This document shows, one piece after another, positions 34,015-35,398 of a stretch of 35,398 bases of DNA. The notes beneath the pieces were generated by a model. The model saw only the letters and a list, made by a program, of their open reading frames with translations, did not search any database and was not told where the DNA came from. The stretch is from a virus (taxonomy: Duplodnaviria > Caudoviricetes). The first letter of the stretch is position 1. Every line of letters starts with the position of its first letter. Location: the IMG/VR virus record IMGVR_UViG_3300020045_003268, positions 1 through 35,398 of that record; one strand, written 5' to 3'. The position numbers were made by a program, and so were the translations under genes.

Positions 34015-34834
34015 TAGTTTAGTTAAAAACATCTCTCTTAGGACTTCTACTCCGAAGTTTCCTACGGGCCTTGCGTCTTTAGATAGCCTTACATGGGGAA
34101 TCCATAAAAAAGAATTAACAGTCATTGGTGGGCGACCTTCTCACGGAAAGACGAGCCTAAGCCTTAACATGGCTTGGGGTCTTGCCAAGAACGGGGTATC
34201 TACCATTTTCCTATCGCTTGAAATGTCCACAGAAGCGATTATGGAACGTTTGATGTGTATTGAGTTTGACCTTCACGGATGGAGACTAAGAACTGGGGAC
34301 GTTCAAGAAATCACAAAGGCTTTGGACGTAAAAGAAAAGTTTAGTTCCAGAATCCTATTATCACCCATTGAAATTTTCGAGGATAAGGGTAAAACAATCC
34401 AGTCGGTTGAAGAAGTTTTAAAAGAGATGAGGCCCGATGCTTTATTCATCGACTACATCCAGAAAATTTCGTCCAAGAACTTTGGAGGTAAATACGAAGC
34501 TATTTCAGACTACATGGTACGGCTCCAATCCCTAGCCATTCAATACGATTGTGCCATCGTCATAAACTCTCAAATAAACCGAGGCGGTGCCAAACAGGAA
34601 AACGCCACAGACTTTATGAAGGGTTCCGGAGAAATCGAAGAATCAGCCGACACGCTATTACAATGCCAATGGCTATACAGAGACAACCCGAATCATGGAG
34701 ACATCCAAGAGTTTATCGTAAAAGCCGTCAAGCAACGTCATGGCCCATGTTCTTACGTTACAATGGACTTCAACGCCGCAAGTTTCAAATTTAACGAGCG
34801 TGACCCATACAAAAACGCCGAAAGAGCTTTTTAA
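33989..34834 (+). CDS. dnaB: DnaB-like replicative helicase (C-terminal ATPase domain only)
   Basis: PTGLASLD, Walker A GGRPSHGKT, FLSLEM, Walker B FIDYIQ, SQINR, KGSGEIEESAD, KQRHGP. Confidence 0.92.
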   Translation: MKLKTEILDSLVKNISLRTSTPKFPTGLASLDSLTWGIHKKELTVIGGRPSHGKTSLSLNMAWGLAKNGVSTIFLSLEMSTEAIMERLMCIEFDLHGWRLRTGDVQEITKALDVKEKFSSRILLSPIEIFEDKGKTIQSVEEVLKEMRPDALFIDYIQKISSKNFGGKYEAISDYMVRLQSLAIQYDCAIVINSQINRGGAKQENATDFMKGSGEIEESADTLLQCQWLYRDNPNHGDIQEFIVKAVKQRHGPCSYVTMDFNAASFKFNERDPYKNAERAF

Positions 34835-34908
34835 TCAACGAATGACCCAACTGGAATCAAAGGGGAGGAGGGTATCTTGACCCCTAACAATTTTGCGGAG
34901 ATAGTTTA

Positions 34909-35289
34909 ATGGAAAACGACTTGTTCCAACAAGTAGATGGCGGTGCAATACCGACCTCTCCGCTCCAAATGAGAGTTGAACTTATTAAACAGAGGACAGC
35001 ATTAGATTTAAATATGAAGTGGCATAGCAAATTACCAGTTATTAAAAACTATTGGTATTGCAAGTGCTTTGGAGCTTTTTTTAATCATCAGATATTCGCA
35101 GTAGCGATGTGGTCTATACCTGTTGCAACAAAATTAAATAATATGGGTATGTATGAAATGAGAAGAATGGCGATAAGTCCAGAAGCCCCAAAGAATACAG
35201 CTTCATGGATGCTATCAAGGATGAGAATATTAATTCATAAAATGAAACCACAAATAAAAACTCTTATCTCATACCAAGATACTTCTTGA
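34909..35289 (+). pseudogene. Mom-like (GNAT) DNA-modification protein, apparently C-terminally truncated
   Basis: DGGAIPTSPLQ, WHSKLP, EMRRMAI...APKNTASWML, LISYQD; stops before the H.GTIYKA.NW segment expected in this family. Confidence 0.65.
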
Positions 35290-35398
35290 ATATAAAGTCC
35301 ACCTTCTTGGTAATCTTGTTCAATGCACAGTCGGGGCTTCCATGACAGCACTTTCCCCGAAGAGCTTTGTGGTCAGCGTATTTCAACACTCACACCCC

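Overview
The window is most of a tailed dsDNA phage genome with podovirus-like gene order. The + strand (about 1.5-24.4 kb) carries TerS, TerL, portal, an FmdB zinc-ribbon protein, scaffold, major capsid, head-tail adaptor, tail nozzle, fibre-like proteins, ejection proteins and small holin-like membrane genes. The - strand (24.4-32.6 kb) carries a sulfotransferase, many micro-ORFs, YopX, an HExxH peptidase, NinG, a PD-(D/E)XK exonuclease and an HTH regulator. A divergent + strand replication block follows: initiator with iterons, DnaB-like helicase and a truncated Mom-like gene. The most striking feature is in the structural operon. Six accessory or outer virion-type genes have classical cleavable Sec signal peptides, and two O-antigen-ligase/O-oligosaccharyltransferase-like (Wzy_C) membrane enzymes are translationally coupled among them, while the core virion proteins have no signal peptides. 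This suggests (inference) export and periplasmic glycosylation of outer virion proteins. Also notable are an array of three structured, partly tRNA-like RNAs (29.2-29.7 kb) and a small-gene array whose stop/start junctions are repeated sequences (27.1-28.1 kb). No endolysin or integrase is recognisable. Both ends of the window look like junctions to unrelated sequence. All family calls come from motif recognition and synteny; no database searches were run.
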